A stretch of 64,000 nt of DNA, from the NCBI GenBank assembly GCA_024401695.1, contig JAKSKN010000008.1, positions 2,871 through 66,870 on the forward strand, in the 5' to 3' direction. Below the pieces are notes generated by a model. It made no database searches, was not told where the DNA came from, and worked only from the letters and a program-made list of their open reading frames with translations. Made by a program: the position numbers and the translations under genes. Origin of the DNA: Bacteroidales bacterium. Lineage in GTDB: Bacteria > Bacteroidota > Bacteroidia > Bacteroidales > UBA932. Of the stretch, positions 19,892 through 28,932 are shown one piece after another (position 1 is the stretch's first letter; each line of letters begins with the position of its first letter).

Positions 19892-21646
19892 TTATTTTAG
19901 ATTCATCTTGAGATTGTATTTCTTGAAAAGCTCGGCCCAGTCTTCTTTTGTAGCTTCCAGAGCCTCACGCGGGGCAGGCTGTATCTCCTGTGTCAGGAAA
20001 AGAGTGAATTTTCCCGGTGGAATGGTGTAAGAGATGTAGTCTCCCGGACCTGAAGCGTTCAATGCCTCCTTTGCACTGTGCTCGAAAGAGGTTATTCCGC
20101 TCCTGGAGTCCGACTCATAGAATGAATACTTTCCGCCCTTTACACCTTCTTTCACAACAACCTTATGACCCAGCTTTTCACTGATTGCAGTAAAGCCTTT
20201 CTCAAAAGAATAATCCAGCTTGACATCACCTTCCTTGGAGGACTGTGTCAGGCCCATCGCGTCCATCACACCTTCCTTATTGAAAGTTAAAGGATCGTCT
20301 TCGAATTCCACCAAATCCCAGAAATAAGTCGGGCTTATCTCAAGGAAATTCACTTCCGGGCTATCATTCATCTCAATCTTGACATACATAGGCGAGGCAT
20401 ATGTAATCTTGAGTTGTGAAGCTCCATTCTTCACCCCGGAAACCGAATATAAAGGATCCACCTTATATCCGTTAAGACTGCTTCTAACCGCATCCGCAGC
20501 CACTATCGGCTTGGATTCCGCCACAATATTGACGAATGGATTCTCACTATCGCCATTCAATCCCAGAACATCTTCAACAGTAGTCTTCCCAACGTAGTTG
20601 GAGTCGTAATTTGAAAGGTCGAAATCAGCGACAGCATTCAGATATCCGAAGTATTCGCCTTCAAACGAGGCATCACGGGGATCACCGTAATACTTAGGTA
20701 GCGGAATCAGTTTCAGAGCGCCTCCGGCAATCTTCCAGGTCACGCTGCACATCTCGCCCCTGTAGTTGAACGGAAGAGTCTTTGACTCAGGCGAAATTGC
20801 CAGCAACCATACTTTCTGATAGGCACCGGCACCCTCGCGCAAATATTTGTTTACAAGATTATAGAAGTAATCGATTCTGCACATATTCAGGAGGTGCACC
20901 CAGTTCGCACATTTCTGCTGGTCCCTTTCAAACTGCGCATACGTCATTTTGGCCAACTGTGCTACGGAAACTGCCGTACCGAGTCCCTTGCTGATTTTTC
21001 CCGCCTTGCTGAGTTCTTTCGGGTTCACTATCGTCTGGTATGCCGTAACGGAAAGGCCACCCGCATTCAAGCCGTGGTCAATTGCATCCATTGACGAATC
21101 TGTCAACGCAGAAGATGCATAACCGACTGCTGTCGAGCCTGCTCCGTAGATGGCACCGCCGACCCTTCCCATAGGAATGATCAAGGAGCCGGAGGCAATG
21201 GCCAGATTAAGCATATCATTGGCCCACTGCTCGGTAGAGAGTCTGTACTCCTTCAGCTCCGGAGTTGCCGCTATCAAGCGGGCAAGTTCGTCCCTGGTAT
21301 TGAGCCGGGAATCAATGAGCGCCCTTTTTATGCACCATTCGACAAAATCAGGCGTGATATTATAAGAGTGGACGAGTTCTCCCCTGCAATGCATCACGTT
21401 CTCCATCACAGTGACACTGTCCTGCTTTTCAAGGAATGTAAGGAAATTCATCATCTGCGTATGGTCATCCTCTCCCTCAAGCCTCATTGTGAACAAAGCC
21501 GGAATCGATGGCTCATCGGATGGCAGGCGGAGCCTGCTGTAGTCCACGGGATCATTCGGAATCGAAGGGTTGGGCGCAATCTGCGCAAATGACTGCATAA
21601 GTGCCAGAAGGAAGGCAGATATAGTTATCAGATACTTTTTCATCAT
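19892..21646 (-). CDS. Exported hypothetical protein with Gly-rich hydrophobic central segment
   Basis: Signal peptide (QSFA-Q); 584 aa; no recognised family. Confidence 0.75.
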   Translation of the reverse strand: MMKKYLITISAFLLALMQSFAQIAPNPSIPNDPVDYSRLRLPSDEPSIPALFTMRLEGEDDHTQMMNFLTFLEKQDSVTVMENVMHCRGELVHSYNITPDFVEWCIKRALIDSRLNTRDELARLIAATPELKEYRLSTEQWANDMLNLAIASGSLIIPMGRVGGAIYGAGSTAVGYASSALTDSSMDAIDHGLNAGGLSVTAYQTIVNPKELSKAGKISKGLGTAVSVAQLAKMTYAQFERDQQKCANWVHLLNMCRIDYFYNLVNKYLREGAGAYQKVWLLAISPESKTLPFNYRGEMCSVTWKIAGGALKLIPLPKYYGDPRDASFEGEYFGYLNAVADFDLSNYDSNYVGKTTVEDVLGLNGDSENPFVNIVAESKPIVAADAVRSSLNGYKVDPLYSVSGVKNGASQLKITYASPMYVKIEMNDSPEVNFLEISPTYFWDLVEFEDDPLTFNKEGVMDAMGLTQSSKEGDVKLDYSFEKGFTAISEKLGHKVVVKEGVKGGKYSFYESDSRSGITSFEHSAKEALNASGPGDYISYTIPPGKFTLFLTQEIQPAPREALEATKEDWAELFKKYNLKMNLK

Positions 21647-22629
21647 TCAGCGTTATCCAGGATCTTTATTTGCTTAAGGTACTTTTGAGCGCCATACCGA
21701 TTCTCGAGGAAAGAGTATATTGCAAGGCAGTTATATGCATTTTCCGCCTTGAACGGATTTGCAGCGAAAGCAGCTTCAAGATAGTTCTGGGCCTTGACAT
21801 AATCAGGGCTTTTACTGTCGAGGACAGCCTGCGCCATATCTCTCATCACAGTGTCATCCCAAACCGGAGCATCAATATCAAAATGCATCAGGCCTTCGCT
21901 GATAGAGCCCTGATAACGTGACTGATATGGAAGCAGTCTTTGAGACAATGCGACCAATTCAGAATATGACAATGAATCCAGAAATGAAAAATCAAATTCA
22001 AAATCCGGGAAGTACGGATTGGCATCGGCGCGACGGTAATATATCAAGGCATCGTCAGCTTCTCCCCTATAATCGTGCACAAGTCCGCGGAAATAGTCGG
22101 GCCAGGGAGAGGCAATGCAGAGGTCTCTCACTATCCACCACATTTCATTCTCTATCCTGAATACATAGAAGCCCCATTTCTCCATTCTGTCAGACAGGTT
22201 CTCATTCAAGTCATCCAATTTATCATTGACTTTTTCCATACTGGCAGTGAAGCTGCTCAGGCCTTCCATCATACCCAGAAAATCAAAACCGCCGCCGAAC
22301 GCCTCATTGATGGAATCAATGTCATCCTGATCCATATTGCGCACGTCCTCCAAAGCCTGTGCGGCGGCATCCTTTCCCGCCGCATCACGGAGATCCAGAC
22401 CTATTTCAGCGATAGCTGTACGCAGAGAGGCTATAGCCGATGCCGCCTGCCCATAAAACCAGTCCGCCTGACGCAGGCATCCGGACGATGCCCACTCGTC
22501 TCCATAGGCGGAAATCGCCTCTGTATATTCAATGAATCGTTTCTCCTCGGGATATGGCTCCTGTTGCGCCATTACGGGAAGTGACAGAGGCAACGCAATT
22601 GCGATTGCCAACAAATATGATCTCATCAT
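21643..22629 (-). CDS. Exported helical (TPR-like) hypothetical protein
   Basis: Signal peptide; A..YY..A / YLEAAFAANP TPR-like patterns; 4-nt overlaps with both neighbours. Confidence 0.7.
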   Translation of the reverse strand: MMRSYLLAIAIALPLSLPVMAQQEPYPEEKRFIEYTEAISAYGDEWASSGCLRQADWFYGQAASAIASLRTAIAEIGLDLRDAAGKDAAAQALEDVRNMDQDDIDSINEAFGGGFDFLGMMEGLSSFTASMEKVNDKLDDLNENLSDRMEKWGFYVFRIENEMWWIVRDLCIASPWPDYFRGLVHDYRGEADDALIYYRRADANPYFPDFEFDFSFLDSLSYSELVALSQRLLPYQSRYQGSISEGLMHFDIDAPVWDDTVMRDMAQAVLDSKSPDYVKAQNYLEAAFAANPFKAENAYNCLAIYSFLENRYGAQKYLKQIKILDNAE

Positions 22630-23348
22630 TTTCCGAATATTTCTCTGAAATGCCTTACGGCTATATCGCCATAGACATAACGTTTTGTGTTTTTATTTGG
22701 GATTATGGCGGTGTGGAACTGCTTCTCGTGCGAACGGGCACGCAGTTCCTCCAGCGGGCCGTAGCCAGCGTTCACCCACCTGCAACCGCGGTTATAGGCG
22801 GCTGCAGCGAGTCTCACCTGCTCCCTGATGGGCAGCGTGTCGAGGCCGTCCTGCGTATGCTCACCATTCTTGTCGAAGGAGCCGTAGTCCAGATAAAGCA
22901 TTTTCAGAAAGACCGCCAGATACACGCACTGCCACTCCTCGTCCTCGAGGCGGCTGATGCGTATGCGACGTGCGGTTTCGTTGTCCTTCGTGTCAAAATA
23001 CAGGTTATACTGCCTGGCCAGTCCGCTACGCATCCAGCGCTTCTCCAGCGTCTCCGCAAAGGATGGCTTCATCTGGAAGCGTCCGATGCTGAAGTCGCAG
23101 CCGCCGGTGCCTTTTGTCACATAAAGTGACTTCACGGCACCGGTCTCCATCTTGTCCTGGAAGATGCTGTAGCGTATGAGTTCCGGGAAAATGACGGACT
23201 CGGCGACTTCCGGCTGCACGCCGAACTGCTCCCACACCGCGCGCCATTCCGCGCGGTGCTGTTCGCAATATACGCTTGCAGCGTCATCATCCAATGATGG
23301 CGCTGCAAGCAATAGGAACAAGGAAGTGATTACAGCTTGTAGGTACAC
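22626..23348 (-). CDS. Exported lysozyme/lytic-transglycosylase-like protein
   Basis: Signal peptide; FPELIRY (candidate catalytic Glu), SIGRFQM (GxxQ), AAAAYNRG motifs in SLT/G-lysozyme order. Confidence 0.6.
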   Translation of the reverse strand: MYLQAVITSLFLLLAAPSLDDDAASVYCEQHRAEWRAVWEQFGVQPEVAESVIFPELIRYSIFQDKMETGAVKSLYVTKGTGGCDFSIGRFQMKPSFAETLEKRWMRSGLARQYNLYFDTKDNETARRIRISRLEDEEWQCVYLAVFLKMLYLDYGSFDKNGEHTQDGLDTLPIREQVRLAAAAYNRGCRWVNAGYGPLEELRARSHEKQFHTAIIPNKNTKRYVYGDIAVRHFREIFGK

Positions 23349-25192
23349 TTGATAATTCTGTACTGAACGCTGTTGTCCTGCATCTGGGCGCTTTCGACCT
23401 CCGCCCAGACAATGTATCTGCCCTGCTTCTCCCAGGCAACCGGATAGATCACGTCACCTTCAGGAAGTGTGATGAAACCGCCTTCCGCGTTGAATGTCGC
23501 GGTGCGCTTGCCGTCCATACTTGTCCAGCTGGCGCTTTGAGGCGCCTTCTCGGCAGGTGCTGCCTGCTCCTCGAAATTGTCAGGAACGAGGTTCCAGGAA
23601 CCCTTGTTGAACTGATATACCTTGCCGTTTGACTCCTTGAACATATTTCTTCCTTCAAGGACACTCACAAGATCTGAAGAAACGTAGAACTCAGGCCACC
23701 AGGCGCTCTCGCCCTCACCAATTATGAGCTGGCGGACAGTCTCCTTAATATACATATCAGGATAGTTGCTCGGGAAATCGCTGTATGCCTCGGCAAGCAC
23801 GTCACCTGCCTCTACAACGAGGTTCAGAGGGACACGCCAGAGGGCGCACTCAGGGATGATGCCTTCAGCGACAGCCTGACGCTGGATCTTGATGATGTCG
23901 CCCATACCGTTCTTGACCTTGTCGAAGCGGCCCTGAACGTCAGCGGCCCATACCTTTGCAGCCCTTTCACGATAAGTCTTGATGATCTCCATCGCCTGGA
24001 GGTAAAGAGGATCATATACCTTAGGGTCGTCGGTTGCCGCAATCTGATTGAGGATATTCTCAATCTTCCTGCGCTCAGCCTCCGAGAACTTCGCGTCGGC
24101 ATCGCTCCAGGTTCCCTGCGGCCAGGCTGCAGCAACGTCCTGCGCATACTTCTGAAGCTTCTGGTATTTTTCAAGAAGCGGAGAGAGCTGATTCTGGAAG
24201 TTCTGTACGTTCTTTGCAATCTGCATTCCGAGATCGGCTCCCGGAACAGAGCCCATTGCAGCCTGCATAAGTTCTTTCTGGAGTGCATTCTTGAATGCCT
24301 TGGCTTCCTTCTGCTCTTCAGGGCTGAGGGTCTTGATATATGCGTCGGTCTTTTTCTCGATTGCGCGGCTTGCCGCATTGTCTTCGCTGGCCATACTTGC
24401 GCGTGTGGCCTGCTTGTACTCTTCTGCAGTGCATCCGAAATACTTCCTGAGCTGTGCGTCATATTTGTCGAACACCCTGTCAGAAGCTGTTACTGCAATA
24501 TCCTGGAACTGATCTTCAGTCATATTCTCTGACTTCTTAGCCTCTTCCAGAAGCTGGTTCTCGTCTATGCCGCCAAGAATCTTGGCGCGCATACGCGCTG
24601 TCAACGCCTCTTCTTCAGCCTCGCTCAAGGTACCGTTCTTCAATGCCTCCATCTCAGCGGCAGTGATGCCGTATGCATCCTGGAGGGCCTTCTCAGCCTC
24701 GGCGCGCCACTTCTCCGTGAAGTTATCCTCGCAGGTGGTGTCCGCGTTGAGTTCCTCGGCGCGCAGGGTGACAGCCTTGACTGCCTGGTAGTACGCAATC
24801 TGGGCCTCCTCGGTAGGGTTTGCAAGCTGGCTTGCAGACGGAACCGCAGGGAATTCGTTCATAAGGGGAATCGGGAAGCTGGCGGTACTTGGGGTGACGG
24901 CGCCGCTCCATCCGAAGGAGCTGCTTCGTCTTGGCTGCAGGGTCTCCTTGCTGTCCGGCACAGGCATCTGTGAGGCTTCGGACATCTGCTTCATATTGTC
25001 GACATTGATGCCGGTCTTCTCCTCGATCTTGTCGTTGACCTTTTCGGTAACCTTCTCGGTCACTTTCTCAGAAATCTTCTCGGAAACTTTCTTTGAAACT
25101 GCATTTCCGAGTCTTCCCAGAAGGCTCTGGGCATTTGCTGCCGGGGCAGCGAGCAGCACTGCGGCTGCAAATAATACAAGTATCTTTTTCAT
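23330..25192 (-). CDS. Large exported alpha-helical hypothetical protein
   Basis: Signal peptide (ANA-Q); N-terminal (V/I)(S/T)EK tandem repeats; Ala/Glu/Lys/Gln-rich coiled-coil-like body. Confidence 0.78.
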   Translation of the reverse strand: MKKILVLFAAAVLLAAPAANAQSLLGRLGNAVSKKVSEKISEKVTEKVTEKVNDKIEEKTGINVDNMKQMSEASQMPVPDSKETLQPRRSSSFGWSGAVTPSTASFPIPLMNEFPAVPSASQLANPTEEAQIAYYQAVKAVTLRAEELNADTTCEDNFTEKWRAEAEKALQDAYGITAAEMEALKNGTLSEAEEEALTARMRAKILGGIDENQLLEEAKKSENMTEDQFQDIAVTASDRVFDKYDAQLRKYFGCTAEEYKQATRASMASEDNAASRAIEKKTDAYIKTLSPEEQKEAKAFKNALQKELMQAAMGSVPGADLGMQIAKNVQNFQNQLSPLLEKYQKLQKYAQDVAAAWPQGTWSDADAKFSEAERRKIENILNQIAATDDPKVYDPLYLQAMEIIKTYRERAAKVWAADVQGRFDKVKNGMGDIIKIQRQAVAEGIIPECALWRVPLNLVVEAGDVLAEAYSDFPSNYPDMYIKETVRQLIIGEGESAWWPEFYVSSDLVSVLEGRNMFKESNGKVYQFNKGSWNLVPDNFEEQAAPAEKAPQSASWTSMDGKRTATFNAEGGFITLPEGDVIYPVAWEKQGRYIVWAEVESAQMQDNSVQYRIIKCTYKL

Positions 25193-25231
25193 TCTAAACG
25201 ATATTATCATATGACACACGCTTCTGCAGCG

Positions 25232-26734
25232 TTATTTCTTGATGAACTCTACGCGGCGGTTCTTGGCGCGGCCTTCATCCGTGCTGTTGTCAGCGATAGG
25301 TGTGCTTGAGCCCTTACCCACAGCAGTCAGACGGTCGGCAGAGATGCCCTGAGCCACGAGTGCGGCGACAATCGCCTCGGCGCGCTGCTGGCTGAGCTTG
25401 TCATTGACAGCTGCGGAGCCGGTGTTGTCGCAGTGGCCCTGGACCTCGAACTTGATACTCGGATCCTGGTTCATAAGATCCCTGATACGGTTGATTTCAC
25501 CGGTTGACTCAGGCTTTATGGTAGCCTTGCCGGTGTCGAAGGTAATGCCGTAGGTCACAATCCTGCCCTCTCCCTGTACACGCTCGTAAAGAGGCACGGC
25601 GCCTTTTGCTATGCGGAAGTTCTTCCAGAAATAGAGGCCCGGATAGTCGCCGTCTCCCCGAAACTGAACCCACTTGGGAGCTTTCATATTCGGTATGTTG
25701 GCTACCCTCTGCTCATCGAAATATATCTTGCAGGCCCTTTTGTTGAATGAGATGGCAACGTGATGGAAACAGTTGTATTTATCGTTGTATTCAAAGTTGA
25801 AGGAACCTTCCCTGCGATCTCCGCCAGGAGTGTACCATTCATACCAGATATTGCACGGATAATTGTCCGAAACGCAGGCATCGATTTCGAGCTTTAAGGC
25901 AATCTGACCCTCATACGCCTGAACTCTGCTTAACTTATCAGTCTCAGCCAGGTAAATTGTATAGTTATTGATGCCTACACCTACATTCGGATGATTCTTT
26001 TCGTAAGTGCTCCTGTCATACAAATACACATCGAATTCGATGGTGAATGCATCAGTAAGGTATGGCTCGTCGAAAAGAGGGGTGAATATGCCGTCTTCCG
26101 AGCTGATGCACTTGACTCCGTCAATCGTGACAATCTGGCAGTTGCCCTGGAAGAGATCCATCCTTGACGGGAATTCGCCCATCTGCTCGCCCTCAAGATT
26201 GTCGTCGTGAATGATTTCGTCTCCGGCCACGAAGTCGTAGTTGTTCCATACCACTGCGGATGCTGCCGGCTTCTTAGGCTCGGAAACCTGACCGCCGGCC
26301 GAAGGCTTCCTGGCCCCGCAGTCTGCGCAGAAATTGCCGGTATTACCGGTCTTGCCGCACTCAGGGCAGTTCCAGCCGCTCTGGGCGGATGCTGATGATC
26401 CGGTTCCAGGCTTCTTCGCGCCACAATCGTCGCAGAAATTGCCGGTGTTGCCTGTCTTGCCGCACTCAGGGCAGGTCCAGCTGCCGGCTGCAGGGGCAGA
26501 TTGTGTCTGCTGGTTGTCGGCAGGAGCCTCTTGTCCGGCCTCTTTTTTATCTTTCTTTGAGAACAGACCTTCTACAGCGTCAAACGCCTTGTCGACCGCC
26601 CTGTCGGCGGCAGATTCAGTCCTGGACACAGCCTTGTCAAGCGCTTTTTGTCCGAGCTTCTCCAAAAAGCTCTGTGCATTTGCGCTTGAGCATACGAAAG
26701 CAAGCGCCGCGGTGATGATAAGTATTCTTTTCAT
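25232..26734 (-). CDS. OmpA-family peptidoglycan-binding protein with two N-terminal zinc-ribbon repeats
   Basis: Signal peptide; 2x W.CPECGKTGNTGNFC.DCG; C-terminal VQGHCDNTG..LSQQRA..NRRVEF. Confidence 0.88.
   Translation of the reverse strand: MKRILIITAALAFVCSSANAQSFLEKLGQKALDKAVSRTESAADRAVDKAFDAVEGLFSKKDKKEAGQEAPADNQQTQSAPAAGSWTCPECGKTGNTGNFCDDCGAKKPGTGSSASAQSGWNCPECGKTGNTGNFCADCGARKPSAGGQVSEPKKPAASAVVWNNYDFVAGDEIIHDDNLEGEQMGEFPSRMDLFQGNCQIVTIDGVKCISSEDGIFTPLFDEPYLTDAFTIEFDVYLYDRSTYEKNHPNVGVGINNYTIYLAETDKLSRVQAYEGQIALKLEIDACVSDNYPCNIWYEWYTPGGDRREGSFNFEYNDKYNCFHHVAISFNKRACKIYFDEQRVANIPNMKAPKWVQFRGDGDYPGLYFWKNFRIAKGAVPLYERVQGEGRIVTYGITFDTGKATIKPESTGEINRIRDLMNQDPSIKFEVQGHCDNTGSAAVNDKLSQQRAEAIVAALVAQGISADRLTAVGKGSSTPIADNSTDEGRAKNRRVEFIKK
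26304..26479 (-). repeat. Intragenic tandem duplication (105-bp period) encoding CxxC-x-CxxC ribbons
   Basis: 26407-26479 and 26304-26374 encode nearly the same peptide with synonymous differences. Confidence 0.85.
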
Positions 26735-26775
26735 ATGATCATTGGTTTTTGTTTCAAAAAGTGAACATAAACACG

Positions 26776-26821
26776 CAAATTTACCCATTCAACAATCAAA
26801 TAACACCACCCTTATGGGTGG
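26776..26821 (-). promoter_or_regulatory. Promoter of the ompA-like operon with upstream 6-4-6 palindrome
   Basis: TAAATTTG at 26783-26776; CCACCC-TTAT-GGGTGG at 26806-26821 where a -33 TTTG would be expected. Confidence 0.55.
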
Positions 26822-26889
26822 AACAACAGAGTACATAAGCGTCAAAAACAAAAAAAAATGGTATCTTTACAACAGACTTGATCGATATC

Positions 26890-28125
26890 ATGAAAGGCAA
26901 ATTCATTTCCGGCGCAATTGCCGCACTGCTGCTCTCCTGCCAGATTCTGGATGCAGACAATTACATTGACCACCGGGGCCACAACGTGGACTCGCTGGAA
27001 AGGGTCGTCGCGGCCTGGAGCGACGACAGGATTGCACAGGCAGGCGACGAGGAGCTTGCCGGTCTCAACCGGGACTGGCGCGAGCTTATGCTGGGATATC
27101 TGCAAACAGACACGGGCCGATCAATGTCATTTGCGCGGAAAGCGCTCCGGATGGGCCTGGACAAGGACTGGAAAGTCGCTGTCTGGGATGCCTCAAAGGT
27201 CATCGGGCAGCACCATTGGCACGGCGAGAGGTACGACAGCGCGGCTTTCTACTACAACATTGCCGTTGATGCCATAGAAAAGATGGAGGTCGGCGCGGTA
27301 GATGCAGCGCATCCGGAAGGACTTTCGCAGTTCGACATAGACAACGCCCGCAGCGCAATGCTGGGCACGATGGGCAACCTCTACAGCATGCAGGACAGCA
27401 TAGACCTGGCGATGTCATACTACGCCAGAGCCGGCGAAATCTTCAAGCAGTACGGATGGAACAGCAGCATCGCGTGCCTGCAGTACAACATCGGCGAGAC
27501 CTGGCGCGAAAATGGCGAATCCGCAAAGGCTGACAAGGCATTCGAGGAAGGGCTGACTTATGCAAAGGAGGCCGGCGACTCCCTCTGGATCGCCGCAAAC
27601 AAGGCCGGCATCGGCAGGGTCGCGCTCGAGCGCGGACGCCTCCGCAAGGCTATCAGGTCCCTTGATGAAGCCAACCAATATTATGAGGCGTACGATGACC
27701 AGGAATTCGCCGCGCTTCTTGAGAATCTGGACTATACCAACCAGGTGCTCCGCCTCCAGAAAAGACAGGCTACAATAGGGATGATTTCTGCCCTGGCAGC
27801 ACTTGTTCTGTTGATAATCAGCATATTCGCCATTTACAGGATGGAGAAGTTCAAGAAACATAATTCACAGACAGCAGAAGTCCTCGAGGAGGCCATAGGC
27901 GAAATAGGCACAAACACCGCTGAAGCTGACATAAAGCTCAGCGAGCGCGAGGCGGAGATATTGAAACTGATAGCCGACGGCCTGGTCAACAAGCAGATAG
28001 CAGACAAGTTGTGCCTTAGCCCCGAGACGGTCAAATGGTACCGCAAGAAACTTCTCGCAAAATTCAACACCACCACATCCTCGGCGCTCATTTCCGAAGC
28101 GTTCAAGAGAGGATTCCTTAATTGA
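26890..28125 (+). CDS. Transmembrane one-component regulator: exported TPR domain, TM helix, LuxR-type HTH
   Basis: Signal peptide, TPR helices, TM (MISALAALVLLIISIFAIY), LSEREAEILKLIADGLVNKQIADKLCLSPETVKWYRKKL. Confidence 0.88.
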   Translation: MKGKFISGAIAALLLSCQILDADNYIDHRGHNVDSLERVVAAWSDDRIAQAGDEELAGLNRDWRELMLGYLQTDTGRSMSFARKALRMGLDKDWKVAVWDASKVIGQHHWHGERYDSAAFYYNIAVDAIEKMEVGAVDAAHPEGLSQFDIDNARSAMLGTMGNLYSMQDSIDLAMSYYARAGEIFKQYGWNSSIACLQYNIGETWRENGESAKADKAFEEGLTYAKEAGDSLWIAANKAGIGRVALERGRLRKAIRSLDEANQYYEAYDDQEFAALLENLDYTNQVLRLQKRQATIGMISALAALVLLIISIFAIYRMEKFKKHNSQTAEVLEEAIGEIGTNTAEADIKLSEREAEILKLIADGLVNKQIADKLCLSPETVKWYRKKLLAKFNTTTSSALISEAFKRGFLN

Positions 28126-28126
28126 T

Positions 28127-28879
28127 ATGGGTATTTTCAGAAAAATCACCGGTGCAATCTACTATTGTGCGCTCAGCCTGGGCTGCATAGGCAATTCTGA
28201 AACCACGGCGTACGTTGAAGTCAATGGCCAGAGGCTTCTCTATGCGATGCGGGGGCCGGAGGACGGCAAGCCCGTCGTGCTGCTGCACGGCAACGGAGGG
28301 TCGCACAAAAGTATGGAGACGCAGGCGAAGCAGCTTGCCCGCAAGGGCTACCGCGTGTACAGCCCTGATTCGCGCGGACAGGGAGCCAACCCACCCCTTG
28401 AAGAATACCATTACGCCGATATGGCGGAAGACGCCTGGGCGTTCATCAATGAGCTGAAGCTTAACAAGCCGGCGGTTTACGGCTGGTCAGACGGCGGCAT
28501 ACTCGTGCTGATGCTGGAAATGGCTCACCCTGGCACGATCGGACTTGGCGCGATAAGCGGAGCCAACCTCTTCCCGGACTGCGGCGAGGGATTCGAGGAA
28601 TTCAAGGCCTGGATACTCGAGCAGGGCACTCCCCTGGCGCTTATGATGCTTGATGAACCGGACATCAATCCTGCAGACCTGAGATCCATTTCCTGCCCCG
28701 TGCTGGTAACCGTCGGGGACAAGGATCTGATAAGTATCGAGCACACCCATCTGATTTCCGACAACATCCCGAATTCCGAACTTGTCGTGGTAAAGAATGC
28801 GACCCATTCCAGCTTCATCAAGAAGAATCCGCGTATGGGAGCACTCCTGATTGACTTTTTTAAGCGAAATGGATATTGA
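28127..28879 (+). CDS. Alpha/beta hydrolase
   Basis: VLLHGNGG, DSRGQG, GWSDGG nucleophile elbow. Confidence 0.88.
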   Translation: MGIFRKITGAIYYCALSLGCIGNSETTAYVEVNGQRLLYAMRGPEDGKPVVLLHGNGGSHKSMETQAKQLARKGYRVYSPDSRGQGANPPLEEYHYADMAEDAWAFINELKLNKPAVYGWSDGGILVLMLEMAHPGTIGLGAISGANLFPDCGEGFEEFKAWILEQGTPLALMMLDEPDINPADLRSISCPVLVTVGDKDLISIEHTHLISDNIPNSELVVVKNATHSSFIKKNPRMGALLIDFFKRNGY

Positions 28880-28932
28880 TTTGTCACTAATTTTTCTTAA
28901 ATTGGTGACAAATTTGCAATACTGACCGCCAT

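Noticed and set aside
26304-26479. Zinc-ribbon duplication as an assembly artefact
   Set aside because: The copies differ at synonymous and some non-synonymous positions and have different linkers
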